In this document: piece by piece, positions 8,022-18,166 of the stretch
Layout: each line of letters opens with the position of its first letter
How positions within the stretch are numbered: position 1 is the first letter of the stretch
Source of the DNA: Candidatus Fermentibacteraceae bacterium
Lineage (GTDB): Bacteria > Fermentibacterota > Fermentibacteria > Fermentibacterales > JCC-6
Length of the DNA stretch: 64,000 nucleotides
NCBI GenBank assembly: GCA_041750285.1
Contig: JBGSZS010000013.1
Location: 1 to 64,000 of the forward strand
Direction: 5' to 3'
Made by a program: the position numbers and the translations under genes
Notes under the pieces: generated by a model
Seen by the model: only the letters and a program-made list of their open reading frames with translations
Told to the model about the DNA's origin: nothing
Databases searched by the model: none

Positions 8022-9620
8022 TCAGAGCTGAAAACTCTTTTCAGAACGGGCCGCCGTCAAGCCCCCGCCTAGCATGGAAAGCGCTGTGGCCGCAGCGAAC
8101 CTGACCTGTCCCGATGTCATTCTGAGAAAGGGTTTCAGGAACACCCCCGGAGGGATTCCCTGGCTGCGGGACAGCCATACCAGGAACCGGCTGAGGGAAT
8201 GGGGGTCCAGAGAGTTGTCCCCGCGTTCGATCCTTGCAGAAACCCGTGCGGCACATGAAGCGTCGGCGGGGATCTCCTTTGCCTCGAGCAGTTCGACGAG
8301 TTGCAGGAACAAGTCCCCGCCCGTGCAGCCCAGCCACCTTCTGAGCGTGGAGCGGGAAGCTGCCGAGAGCTCTCCGGGAAATACGGAAAGAAGCCTGAGC
8401 CCCTTTCTGTCGGGAACGGTCAGCGCAAGCTTCTCCAGTTCGGAGAGGTGCGCGGGTGAAACGCCTTCAAGCCTGATGTTCTCGGGAATCACTCCCCTCT
8501 TCAGTACCTCGGCCGCTGCAAGGTCTCCCCCAACAGCACACAACGCCCTGAAGGCATCGCTCCCGGGCTGATAGCCGGGATTGCCGCACAGACCGGCAAG
8601 GAACGCCGCTGAATCTGGATCGCCGATGAGGGCTATCCCCTCAAGCGCCGAGGTCCTCTCGGGAATCGTGTTCCTGGGGTTCGTGCAACTCCCCGATGCC
8701 GCCCCGTACAGCACTGGCAGGCCCGTCCGCCAACCTGCCCTGCCCATCCCCCTGAAAACCGCCCTTCTAACCCATGTGCTCGGATCCCGTGCCATTTCTG
8801 CCAAATGGGATCCGGACTTCCTCCCCCATGCGAGAACAAGCCCCTCCACGGCCCGCGTCCGCACGTGGGGGCTGCTGTCCTTCAGGGCTTCCAGAAGGGC
8901 TTTTACTGCCTCCTCGCCGCCTATCCTGCCAAGCGAGAGAGCCGCGCTCTTGCGTATGTTCCAGGAAAAGCCGCCCTCGAGAACCTTCCTGACCGAGGGG
9001 ATGGCTTCGCTCTCCCTGAGAATGCCGGCGGCTTCCAGATACGCCTTCACATCCCTTTCCGACATCCCCCGGAAGTCTCCGGTGTCGAGCAGGGGGGAGA
9101 GCTTCATGGGAACCGGAACACCCCTTATCCTCTCCTTCTCCACACCTGCCCTGTGACAAAGGCTCTCAACGCTTTCATCAGGGCCGTCGGAGGAAAGCAG
9201 AACCACTGTGAGGTCAAGGAATGGAAAGAACCGGTATCCGCCGTACCTGTCGAATGTTTCTATACCCCCCGCCTCCCTGTCCCGGGTCGTGTAGAAACCG
9301 GGTGACACTGCCCGAAACCTCAGCCTGGCGCTTTCCACCCTGTCAAGGAAGTCCTGGCCTTGCCCGGTGCAGACAAAGTCGTCCCCGCCGACATGGCCCG
9401 TGAAGAACGGTTGAACGCTTTCATGGAGTATCTCGCCAAGCCTGCGGATGACCGAATCACCCAGGGAAAGCCCGTAATGATCGTTGAAAGGCTTGAAGCC
9501 GGTGATGTCCAGAAAGGCTGCCACACCACCCTTCCCGATTACGGTCGTTTCCAGCTCTTCCCGGATCGTCCAGTTCCCGGGAAGGCCTGTGAGGGGGTTG
9601 ATATCGGGTCGGCGATTCAG
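8022..9620 (-). CDS. GGDEF-family (GGDDF) domain fused to HEAT/PBS-lyase repeats; probable CTG start
   Basis: Extending the frame upstream of the track ORF gives NPLTGLPGN, then FLDITGFKPFNDHYG and GHVGGDDF; IRKSAALSLGRIG and VRTRAVEGL repeats; GGAGG 7 nt before CTG at 9620. Confidence 0.75.
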   Translation of the reverse strand: MNRRPDINPLTGLPGNWTIREELETTVIGKGGVAAFLDITGFKPFNDHYGLSLGDSVIRRLGEILHESVQPFFTGHVGGDDFVCTGQGQDFLDRVESARLRFRAVSPGFYTTRDREAGGIETFDRYGGYRFFPFLDLTVVLLSSDGPDESVESLCHRAGVEKERIRGVPVPMKLSPLLDTGDFRGMSERDVKAYLEAAGILRESEAIPSVRKVLEGGFSWNIRKSAALSLGRIGGEEAVKALLEALKDSSPHVRTRAVEGLVLAWGRKSGSHLAEMARDPSTWVRRAVFRGMGRAGWRTGLPVLYGAASGSCTNPRNTIPERTSALEGIALIGDPDSAAFLAGLCGNPGYQPGSDAFRALCAVGGDLAAAEVLKRGVIPENIRLEGVSPAHLSELEKLALTVPDRKGLRLLSVFPGELSAASRSTLRRWLGCTGGDLFLQLVELLEAKEIPADASCAARVSARIERGDNSLDPHSLSRFLVWLSRSQGIPPGVFLKPFLRMTSGQVRFAAATALSMLGGGLTAARSEKSFQL

Positions 9621-9681
9621 GGTACTACCTCCCGTACGGGTGTGATAACCTGACTTTCTTTACATAGAAGGGTGAAAACTG

Positions 9682-10632
9682 TCAGTCAAGGGGAGAGCAG
9701 GCGGGTGTTCCCGCTGAAAGCAGGCAGTCAAGGACCGCACCCTGAACGACTATCCCCCCGGGCTGGCCCCGTTCATCCAGAACAACGGCGGCCCCGGAAC
9801 CCGAGCGCCAGAGATCGAGAAGCACCCTCAGGGGAACGGCATCCTGGGGGTAGGCAGGGATACCGGTGAGCATCCGTCCGGGGTTCCACGACCCGCTGCT
9901 CTTCAGGACCGCCCTGCTCTCAAGTATGCCTGAGAGGGTGCGCCCCTCCCCCTCGAACACGAGCAGGAAATCGGAGCCCGACGAAACGATCTTCTGAACT
10001 GCCTGCTGCCGCGAGGTCGAGAGCGTGATCGAAGGAAAGTCGGCCATGGGCCGGGCGTGAAGCCTGATGCTGCTTTCGCCGAGTTCAATGGCGTCCCATG
10101 CGATTCGTCCCTCATGACCGCCCGACAGCTCGAGAAGGCTTCTCACCTCGCCCCGGCTCTCGAAGAAACGGCTGATGGATGGACGGCCCGCGATGAGCCC
10201 GGCGATGAAACCCGCTGAGGCGATGAGTGGAAAGAAAAGCACCCGCAGAAGCACAAGGACGGGAGAAAGGGGGCCCGTCAGTGCATCCGCCCTTGCCAGA
10301 GCATTCTGCTTGGGTACTATCTCGGCGAAGACGAGCAGGAAGCCGGCTGTCAGGAAGACCTGCACGGCGGCATAAACCGGCTCGAGGCCGGCAAACCAGC
10401 CCGAGGTCATGCTGGATGACAGAACGACGCCTATGTTGGTTCCCACCAGGGTCGTGGTCAGATATCTCGATGGCTCCTTCAGAAACCATGACGCAAGCTT
10501 TGCAAGGGGCTTCCCCTGCTCTGCGGCGGCAGCGGCCCTTATGCGCCCGGCGGCGGAGAACGCCGTTTCGGTGATGTTGCATACCGCCGAGAGGGAAACT
10601 GCGAGCAGGAAAATGAGTATCTCGCCGATCAT
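9682..10632 (-). CDS. CNNM/DUF21 membrane protein with degenerate CBS domains
   Basis: ETAFSA, TTLVGTN and FAEIVPK DUF21 motifs. Confidence 0.8.
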   Translation of the reverse strand: MIGEILIFLLAVSLSAVCNITETAFSAAGRIRAAAAAEQGKPLAKLASWFLKEPSRYLTTTLVGTNIGVVLSSSMTSGWFAGLEPVYAAVQVFLTAGFLLVFAEIVPKQNALARADALTGPLSPVLVLLRVLFFPLIASAGFIAGLIAGRPSISRFFESRGEVRSLLELSGGHEGRIAWDAIELGESSIRLHARPMADFPSITLSTSRQQAVQKIVSSGSDFLLVFEGEGRTLSGILESRAVLKSSGSWNPGRMLTGIPAYPQDAVPLRVLLDLWRSGSGAAVVLDERGQPGGIVVQGAVLDCLLSAGTPACSPLD

Positions 10633-11801
10633 CCCTTAATCCGCCTTACAAGGATGTGATTTATCCTGCTTCCGGTGGCAGACTCGACCCTGAACTCAAG
10701 ATTCCCGGAGGTAAAACTCTCGCCCGGGCCCGGGATCCGCCCCGAAAGCTCCTCGACGAACCCTCCGCAGGATTCCGCCCAGCGGCTCACCGGGGTTTCT
10801 CCTACGATTCGGGAAAGGCTTTCGAGGGACAATCCCGCCGGCACGAGGAAACCGTCACGTCTTCTCCTCACGCCGGAGGGCATCATGGAGCCGGCGGAGT
10901 CGAACACGCCCCGGGCGAGGATGTCGTTCTCGGTGAGGATACCGCTCCAGTCGCCGTACTCGTCGACAACCACGCCAAGGCTGTTGCCGCTTTTCCTGAG
11001 TTCACGCAGTGCCTGGTCGAGCGATGCTGTTTCCGGAAAGAAATCGACACTTCGAACGACCAGTTTTTCAGTGCCCAGAAGGTCACGGATATGGGTCATT
11101 CCCCGTATCTCCTCGCCGGGACCCTCGACCAGCGGATACTTCATGTAAGGGTTGGATCTGGCTTCGATCTGCATTCTGTCGAGGGGCCAATCCATCCTCA
11201 TTACGGCGACTTCCCTCCGTGGGACCATCACGCTCTGACACTGGCGGTCACCGAGGGAGAGAACAGCCCCCGCTACCAGCGCTTCCTCCCCTACAACCCC
11301 GTCTCCCCGGGCCATCTCCACCAGGGTGATTATCTCGTTCCGGCTCAAATGCCGGCCGGTCTCGGCCTTGATCGACATCCTCTCGAGAAGTCTTGTGAGG
11401 GGCGCGGTTATCCTGGTGACAGGGGAAATGAAGGGCGCGGCAAGAACGGCCCACTTCTCGTTGTTGTACCTGGCGAAGGTCTTCGGTGTTATCTCTCCCA
11501 GAACCAGGAGCATGAAAGTCATAACTAGGACTCCGAGACCGAAACCCAGTGCTCCGGGAACAAGGGTGCGCGTCACCTCTGCGCTCAGGGCTCCCGCAGC
11601 AACATTCACAAGCGTGTTGCCCATGAGTATGGCAGAGAGAAGCCTTCCCGGCTTTGAAAGCACCTTCAGGGCCCTTCTGCCGGCTTCGGTGGTCCTGAGC
11701 CTCTGTTTCTGAACTCCGTCAAGGCTGAAGAAAGCCGTCTCGGTACCGCTGAAGAAGGCGGACAGACACAGGAGAAGCGCCAGGAGGAGAGCCTCTTTCA
11801 G
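10629..11801 (-). CDS. HlyC/CorC-family (DUF21-CBS-CorC) transporter; probable CTG start
   Basis: LSAFFSGTETAFFSL lies upstream of the track ORF; GEITPK, VMVPRREV and VVDEYG motifs; CTGA overlap with the upstream stop. Confidence 0.85.
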   Translation of the reverse strand: MKEALLLALLLCLSAFFSGTETAFFSLDGVQKQRLRTTEAGRRALKVLSKPGRLLSAILMGNTLVNVAAGALSAEVTRTLVPGALGFGLGVLVMTFMLLVLGEITPKTFARYNNEKWAVLAAPFISPVTRITAPLTRLLERMSIKAETGRHLSRNEIITLVEMARGDGVVGEEALVAGAVLSLGDRQCQSVMVPRREVAVMRMDWPLDRMQIEARSNPYMKYPLVEGPGEEIRGMTHIRDLLGTEKLVVRSVDFFPETASLDQALRELRKSGNSLGVVVDEYGDWSGILTENDILARGVFDSAGSMMPSGVRRRRDGFLVPAGLSLESLSRIVGETPVSRWAESCGGFVEELSGRIPGPGESFTSGNLEFRVESATGSRINHILVRRIKG

Positions 11802-13096
11802 AGACCTCTCCCCCCCCTCGATGAGGAATCAGGCTGCACCAGGGGTTGCCCCAGGGTGAAAACCTCCCTCCAGGTCTTCTTGAAATAGGTTCTGCTGGAA
11901 TAGGTGGCCTCACCGGTTATCACCACGGTGTAGTCCCCCGCCGGTGAATGCACCCCGCCCAGCGTGGTGCCGTCCCATGTGTAGCTGAACTGGCCCACCG
12001 GGGTGTGGCCCGTTCGGAGGTTCCTGACCACCGATCCCTGCTCATCAAGGATGTTCACTATGAGTATCGTGGGTTCTGTGAGAAGGCCGGAGAGGGAAAG
12101 ACCCCTCTCACGGGGACGGATCGTGAGATTCCTGATGTCGGTGCCCACCCAGAAGTACCGCGCGCCGGCCCTTTCCGCGATGAATACCTGACCGAAACGT
12201 GTCCAGATGGCGATGCCCGTAGGGTTCTGGAACTGGTCGTCGTCGCTGCCGAATCCCCTGCCGTAACTGGCCAGATAATCGAGTGAAGGGCTGAACTTGT
12301 GTATCTTTGAGCTTATGGAGTCGGTCACCCAGACGTTGCCGTGGTAATCAATCGCGGGGTAGTTGAAGAAGGAACCGCCGCAGTCCGACGGGGTGACACG
12401 CCGCACGACGGAACCGTTCTCAACCCTCACGAGCGCCATTCCGTCCTCAACCACAACGGCCTGGAACGGGGAATGGCCGCTCGTCCACCTTTCGTATCCC
12501 GTGGCCGCCACGCCTCTGGGGCGGTCGAGCGTTGTTACCCTGGGGCTCTGGTCGGTCGGCGATGCATACCTGTAGAGAGCCCCGCCGGCGCGATCGGTGA
12601 CCCAGATGCCCCGTCCGTCGAGCGCCACACCCCACGGTTCATCGAGACCGGTAATGTAGCCGGTGGCCTTTATGCGGGACCCTCTCCGGGAAAGCACCGC
12701 CACCCTGCCGTTGCCGGTATCCGCCACGTATATGTCGCCCGACGCCGTGGCCGCGATGCCGTGCGGGGATGACAGCCTGTCGTGGGAACTGCCCTCGCCG
12801 TCATAGTATCCCAGTGTATACATGGAAGCATTGTAGATGATCTGACCCGAACCGCTGTTCACTCCATAGACGGCCAGTTCATCGTCATCGGAGGCATCAG
12901 GAGAGTCCCATTCCGAAAGCTTCACCGCGGCAAGACCCTGTGGATCGTTGAACCTCACCAGACCGCCCAGGAGCATGTTCAACTGCTCGGGACCCGCGCG
13001 GTAGATGCCCATGCAGTGCCCGTAGGGCGGGTACACAAGCGTGCTGGGATGATTGGGCTCAACCGTAAAGGCAAGCAAGGCCATCAGCAGAGTCAT
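11798..13096 (-). CDS. NHL-repeat protein with C-terminal FlgD Ig domain
   Basis: PHGIA..IYVADTGN, PWGVA and PTGIA repeats; YTWDGT..GDYTV. Confidence 0.8.
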   Translation of the reverse strand: MTLLMALLAFTVEPNHPSTLVYPPYGHCMGIYRAGPEQLNMLLGGLVRFNDPQGLAAVKLSEWDSPDASDDDELAVYGVNSGSGQIIYNASMYTLGYYDGEGSSHDRLSSPHGIAATASGDIYVADTGNGRVAVLSRRGSRIKATGYITGLDEPWGVALDGRGIWVTDRAGGALYRYASPTDQSPRVTTLDRPRGVAATGYERWTSGHSPFQAVVVEDGMALVRVENGSVVRRVTPSDCGGSFFNYPAIDYHGNVWVTDSISSKIHKFSPSLDYLASYGRGFGSDDDQFQNPTGIAIWTRFGQVFIAERAGARYFWVGTDIRNLTIRPRERGLSLSGLLTEPTILIVNILDEQGSVVRNLRTGHTPVGQFSYTWDGTTLGGVHSPAGDYTVVITGEATYSSRTYFKKTWREVFTLGQPLVQPDSSSRGGRGL

Positions 13097-15288
13097 CGCC
13101 TGATCCTTTCATAGATCCATACCGATCGTTGAACGTTCTTAACATAAAGCCTTGTTTCCCTGAAAGTGATCTGCTCGATGAAAAGCTCGGGGTCTGCGGG
13201 ATCCCATCCGTGGGTTTCGACCCAGCGCGAGGCATTCCCGGGGCCAGCATTGTATGCCGCGAGAAAGAGCGGTGAATGCCCGAAACTGTTCATCTGTCTG
13301 TTCACGTAGATACTTCCATACCTCAGGGAGTATTCCGGAACGAAGAAATCATCACCCGAAAGCCTGGGCAGACCGCTCCACCGGGCCACGTCACCGGCGG
13401 TACCCGGCATGAGCTGGATGAGCCCCGTGGCACCGGCACCTGACCTTGCGAACCTGTTGAAGTAACTCTCATCGCGGGAGATACCCTCGATCCAGTGTGG
13501 TTCGACGGAAAGACCGCTCACCGCTTCAGCGATATCGGCATGGTATGGAGACGGGAAGTACCAGCCCAGCATGCTGTCCGGCAGAATACCCTGGTTCGTC
13601 TCACGCAGCCCGGTATCCCATCCACGCATCATGCCGATGCTTTCACCGTGCTGTCCGAGAAGGCCCAGGGCCGCAGCCCTGCGTCCGCTGTCCCCCGCGC
13701 CTGAAGCAAGCATCTCGACCGCCAGGGTTCCGTACCCCGACCCGTAAAGCTCAATGGCCAGAGCGGTCTCGGGTGAATCGGCGAGAACCGGGGAGTAGAC
13801 CGGAAGCGTGAGGGGGCTGGAAGTTCCCAGCCTTTCCGCGGCAAGCATCCCGTAGTACTCCCATGGGTGCTCGGCTGCAACCCTGGCAAGCAGCCTGCGC
13901 TCGAGTTCGTGGTTGCCCTTCCTGTTGGCGTACCTTGCGCGCCAGAAAAGCATCTCGTCACGCCAGTAGCCGAAGGGCCAGCGGTCGATGGCTGCGGCCC
14001 AGAGGGAGTCGCCGGTTGCGCCCCTGCCGTTCATGTAGAGGCAGAACCCCGCTCTCCAGTGGCCCCGCTCGTCGGCATCGAATGTTCCTTGTGCGCGCAG
14101 TCCGGCCAGATAGGCTTCGGCTGCGTCGGCCCACTGCTGCTCGCAGTCGTAGTAAACCCCGGCCAGGTAACCGGCCTCGGGAGCTGTGGGGTGCCACGGA
14201 AAGTTTCTGGCGAAGTCCACATAGGCAGCCCACGCCTCCTGGTTCCTGTTCAGGCCTCTGAGCGCCCGGGCCCTGAAAAGCGCCGCCCTTCCCCTGAGTT
14301 CTTCGGATGCCCCCTGTGGAATGGATCCGCAGTAAGAGAGAAGGTCGGAGTTTCTGTCGAGGGCGCGAAGCCTTGCCATCTCCACCCCCATGGCGAACTC
14401 GCCGCCCCGGGAGGATGAGATTGACGATGTCAGCGAACCCTGGCCGTTGTCGTAGAGGATATCCACGATCCGCCAATCCACGAAGGAAGGGTGCTTGACC
14501 GCAAGAACGCCCGCAGCCGTCAGCCTCGCGCCGGGGCTGTCCAGCATTGCCAGCCATTCATCGGCGCTGCCTTCGCCTCCGGCCTTCATGCGGGCTGCGT
14601 GAAGCTCCATCCCCTCCTGGGTTGAAAACCCTGGATCGAGGAGTTTCAGGGCATTGTCCCACCATTCCCCGGGAGAGGAGATGTTGCGCTGCAATTCGGC
14701 CCTGACTCTGGCACCGAGCGTTGCGGGAAACAACTGCGCGTCCTGTGCCGCAACGGTGATCTGGGCCTGGGTAAGGCTTCCGACGTCGGCAAGGAGAACC
14801 CGCACGGTTCTCTCCGCGGGTCCTTCGGGAGCGGGTACGACCCTTTGGGGAAGCAATTCGGGGTTGTCGCGGCGAAGCCATGCCTCGAGCAGATAGTCAT
14901 CGGACGCCAGGGCAAGGGCTTGATCCCTCCTGCGGTTGAGTTCCAGCAGCGACACTTTCCAGCCCGAAAGGTCGCCCCACCCGCTGTTGGAAAGACTGTC
15001 GAGAACGGAGATGCACCGGTCGGTCTGACCCCGGCCGTTAAAGCACCCCACGAATCTCCAGAGGAAATCCCCCCTGAGGGATTCGGGAAAACCCAGGCCC
15101 GGCCAGAGTGACCTGAGCTGCCTGACCGCGGCATCCTGACGTCCGGTCTGGATCAGTGAGTCGACGGTCTGAAATGGGCTGGACCTTCCTGGAACGGTGT
15201 TGCCCGGAACCTGGCCGTCTTCGTCTGAAACAACCCTGCACCCTGCCGCGAAGACGATCATCACCATCGGGAAGAACGAAAATCTCAA
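13093..15288 (-). CDS. Slt-family soluble lytic transglycosylase (lipoprotein, TPR-like superhelix)
   Basis: ISRDESYF, GLIQLMP and AAYNAG motifs; GGAGG + TTG start giving lipobox AAGC. Confidence 0.85.
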   Translation of the reverse strand: MRFSFFPMVMIVFAAGCRVVSDEDGQVPGNTVPGRSSPFQTVDSLIQTGRQDAAVRQLRSLWPGLGFPESLRGDFLWRFVGCFNGRGQTDRCISVLDSLSNSGWGDLSGWKVSLLELNRRRDQALALASDDYLLEAWLRRDNPELLPQRVVPAPEGPAERTVRVLLADVGSLTQAQITVAAQDAQLFPATLGARVRAELQRNISSPGEWWDNALKLLDPGFSTQEGMELHAARMKAGGEGSADEWLAMLDSPGARLTAAGVLAVKHPSFVDWRIVDILYDNGQGSLTSSISSSRGGEFAMGVEMARLRALDRNSDLLSYCGSIPQGASEELRGRAALFRARALRGLNRNQEAWAAYVDFARNFPWHPTAPEAGYLAGVYYDCEQQWADAAEAYLAGLRAQGTFDADERGHWRAGFCLYMNGRGATGDSLWAAAIDRWPFGYWRDEMLFWRARYANRKGNHELERRLLARVAAEHPWEYYGMLAAERLGTSSPLTLPVYSPVLADSPETALAIELYGSGYGTLAVEMLASGAGDSGRRAAALGLLGQHGESIGMMRGWDTGLRETNQGILPDSMLGWYFPSPYHADIAEAVSGLSVEPHWIEGISRDESYFNRFARSGAGATGLIQLMPGTAGDVARWSGLPRLSGDDFFVPEYSLRYGSIYVNRQMNSFGHSPLFLAAYNAGPGNASRWVETHGWDPADPELFIEQITFRETRLYVKNVQRSVWIYERIRR

Positions 15289-15511
15289 ACAGCTGACCTC
15301 CAGAGCACGGGAACAACGGAACAGAGCGTTCACTTCCCTTACCGCGCGGAACAAACCCCGGTTCCAAGCCCAAAAATCACCAACGCATGAAAGATACCAG
15401 CGGGGCTGAAGGAATCAAACCCGGAACGTTTTCCGAAATCAGTTGATTCTTCTTCGTTCTTCACGCTGTTCTTCAACGATTTGGCGTCTGAGCTGTCAGA
15501 AACGAGGGTGC

Positions 15512-15532
15512 CAGCTGCCCCGCGGGCAGCCG
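15512..15532 (-). terminator. GC-rich hairpin downstream of VOC gene
   Basis: GCTGCCC-CGC-GGGCAGC stem. Confidence 0.5.
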
Positions 15533-15547
15533 GCTGATGCACAGAGT

Positions 15548-15946
15548 TTATGCCTGCTTCTGAAGGTAGGTCATGGCAAGGATGACGGCGCCCTGAGGGT
15601 CCTGCAGAACGGCGAAACGTCCCACTTCCGGGATGTCGCAGGGTGGGCGCAGCACCTTTCCGCCTGATGACTGAACCTTCACGGCGGTGGAGTCCACATC
15701 GTCGACCGTGATGTAAATGTCCCACGAGGGAGGCATGCCCTTGCAGTCATTGGGCTGGGCCATGATCCCGGCAACGGCCTTTCCGCCGGACTTCACGATG
15801 GTGTAGGTATTGCCCGGCCCCATGGGCATGTCCTCGTACTCCCAGCCGAAGATGTCGGCGTAGAATCTTTTGGCGCCTTCGGTGTCGGTCGTCATCAGTT
15901 CGAACCAGCCGAACGCTCCATGTTTCATGCAGTCGTTCTCCATCAT
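15548..15946 (-). CDS. VOC/glyoxalase family protein
   Basis: WFELMTTD..AKRFY..FGW; GRFAVLQDPQGA. Confidence 0.9.
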   Translation of the reverse strand: MMENDCMKHGAFGWFELMTTDTEGAKRFYADIFGWEYEDMPMGPGNTYTIVKSGGKAVAGIMAQPNDCKGMPPSWDIYITVDDVDSTAVKVQSSGGKVLRPPCDIPEVGRFAVLQDPQGAVILAMTYLQKQA

Positions 15947-16050
15947 TTCTCCCTCTCTGTTGGTACCCTTCGGCGAACATACGTAAACATATGTATACTT
16001 ACGGGAGCGTCAAGCCGGGTTTTCGGGAACAAGTATTGTGTTCGCCGTGT

Positions 16051-18147
16051 TCAACCCCTTTTCAGAAGCTTTCCGAGTGAGTCGGGATCCGTGACGGGCA
16101 GCGAGCACTCGCTGCCCTCGCAGACGAACGCGGTGGCTCGGCCTTCTACCATCTCTTTGTTCTCCAGCAGCGGTGTCAGATCGGATCCCCCGCCGTCGCC
16201 GGGTCGCGTCCTCACGATAACGGAATTCGGCAGAAACGGTTTAAGGAGGGTCTTTTGAAGGGCCTCGAAGCCGGGTTCTCCCGGCACGCCCAGAAGCACG
16301 GCTTCAAGAACCGGTGACAGGTTGAAAAGGGCTGCGCACAACATCCTGCCGAAACCAAGGGGCATGCGGCGAATCATTCCCGAGTGCTGCGCGAGAACCC
16401 GCTCGGCAACGCTGCGGTACCGGTCGTTCCCGGTGACCGCGGATAGCGTCATAAGTACCCCAACGGCCGAGGATGTGCCCGAGGGGGTTGCATTGTCGAA
16501 CGGGTCCCTGGGTCTTGTGTAGAGCTTCTCCTGGTCTGCGGCGGTGTCGAAAAGGGTCATTGTCGAATCGTCCATGAAAAGCGCGAGCATTTCGTCGGCA
16601 AGGACAACGGCTTCTCTCAGCCAGCGGAAGTCGCCGTCGGCCCGGTAGAGTGCCAGAAGACCTTCGGCAAGGAGCGCGTGGTCTTCGAGAAACCCCGTGT
16701 TCGAGACGGCCCCGTCCTTCCAGCTTCTGAGAAGCCTTCCGTCACTGCGGCGGAGATGAGTCAACAGGAAACCGGCACTCCTTGCTGCCGCCTCCCTGAA
16801 GTCCTCCCTTCCAAAAACACTCGCAGCCCCCGCAAATGCTTTGATGGCCATCCCGTTCCAGGATGTTATTATCTTCTCGTCCCTCATGGGTTCAGGCCTC
16901 GACTTACGCTGCACAAGCAGTCTTCTCCGGCAGCGCGAATCGAAACGGTGCAGTTCTTCCCGGGAAACCCCGTACTCAGAAGCAGCTTCCTCCAGCGGAA
17001 CGGGCTGGTGAAGAATGTTCGATCCCTCGAAGTTCCCGGCTTTTGTGACCCCGTAGAGACTGCAGAACATCGCAGAATCGGGACCAAGGACCTCATTAAT
17101 GGCTTCCAGGCTCCAGGTATAGAACGCCCCCTCCTCCATCCGCCCTCTCGGGGAGGCCTCGCTGTCGGCGTCGAGCGTGCTGAAGAACCCCCCTGATGAG
17201 TGCTGCATGTCCCGTAGAAGCCAGTCCAGGGACTCCTGGGCCACCCGTCTGAAAAGCGGTCTGCCCGTGACCTGGAATGCTTCGGTGAAGATTCCCGCCA
17301 GAAGCGCGTTGTCGTAGAGCATCTTCTCGAAGTGGGGAACCAGCCAGTGGTCATCCGTGCTGTACCGGTGAAACCCCCCTCCCAACTGGTCGCAGACACC
17401 TCCACGGGCCATTCCGTCGAGAGTCCTCTCGACCATCTCAAGGGATTCGCCGTTCCCCGTGACATGGTGGTGGCGAAGAAGGAACTCCAGCACCATGGGC
17501 TGCGGGAACTTCGGAGCACCACCGAATCCCCCGTGCCTTGGGTCATGGCTTCTCTTCATTTCCGAAAAAGCCGAACCGATCAGGTCATCGTCCGGCGGCC
17601 GGAGGGCGGCACGGATGCCTGAATGACGCTCGATGCTGTCACACAGGTCCCTTCCGGACGCAACAAGGTCGGTCTTCCTGTGGCGATAGGCTTCCGCAAC
17701 CCTTCCAAGGACGGTGCAAAAGCCCGGCATCCCGTATCGGGAAGCCTTCTCTTCGGGTGGAAAGTATGTACCGCCGTAGAATGGCGTTCCGTCAGGCAGG
17801 AGGAAGACGCTGAGCGGCCATCCGCCCCGGCCGGTCAGGGCGGATACGGCCGTCATGTATACCCCGTCAAGGTCGGGTCTTTCCTCCCTGTCGACCTTCA
17901 CGCATACGAACAGGCTGTTAAGGATCCCTGCAGTATCAACGTCCATGAAGCTCTCACGCTCCATGACGTGGCACCAGTGACAGGCCATGTACCCTATGCT
18001 CAGGAAGATCGGCCTGTCGAGGCTTCTGGCTTTCTCAAAGGCTTCGGGACCCCATGGGTGCCAGTCCACCGGGTTATGTGCATGGGCGCGCAGGTAGGGA
18101 CTGCTCTGATCGATGAGAGCGTTCGTGAAGGCGTGCTCTTCGGCCAG
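16051..18147 (-). CDS. YyaL/SPATA20-family thioredoxin-domain protein; probable CTG start
   Basis: [42 protein letters not shown] and [10 protein letters not shown] motifs; AAGGAGG 5 nt before CTG. Confidence 0.9.
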   Translation of the reverse strand: MAEEHAFTNALIDQSSPYLRAHAHNPVDWHPWGPEAFEKARSLDRPIFLSIGYMACHWCHVMERESFMDVDTAGILNSLFVCVKVDREERPDLDGVYMTAVSALTGRGGWPLSVFLLPDGTPFYGGTYFPPEEKASRYGMPGFCTVLGRVAEAYRHRKTDLVASGRDLCDSIERHSGIRAALRPPDDDLIGSAFSEMKRSHDPRHGGFGGAPKFPQPMVLEFLLRHHHVTGNGESLEMVERTLDGMARGGVCDQLGGGFHRYSTDDHWLVPHFEKMLYDNALLAGIFTEAFQVTGRPLFRRVAQESLDWLLRDMQHSSGGFFSTLDADSEASPRGRMEEGAFYTWSLEAINEVLGPDSAMFCSLYGVTKAGNFEGSNILHQPVPLEEAASEYGVSREELHRFDSRCRRRLLVQRKSRPEPMRDEKIITSWNGMAIKAFAGAASVFGREDFREAAARSAGFLLTHLRRSDGRLLRSWKDGAVSNTGFLEDHALLAEGLLALYRADGDFRWLREAVVLADEMLALFMDDSTMTLFDTAADQEKLYTRPRDPFDNATPSGTSSAVGVLMTLSAVTGNDRYRSVAERVLAQHSGMIRRMPLGFGRMLCAALFNLSPVLEAVLLGVPGEPGFEALQKTLLKPFLPNSVIVRTRPGDGGGSDLTPLLENKEMVEGRATAFVCEGSECSLPVTDPDSLGKLLKRG

Positions 18148-18166
18148 GATAGCCTCCTTCAGCCTT

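Noticed and set aside
9682..11801. Tandem DUF21/CNNM genes as a novelty
   Set aside because: Paired CNNM genes are a known arrangement.
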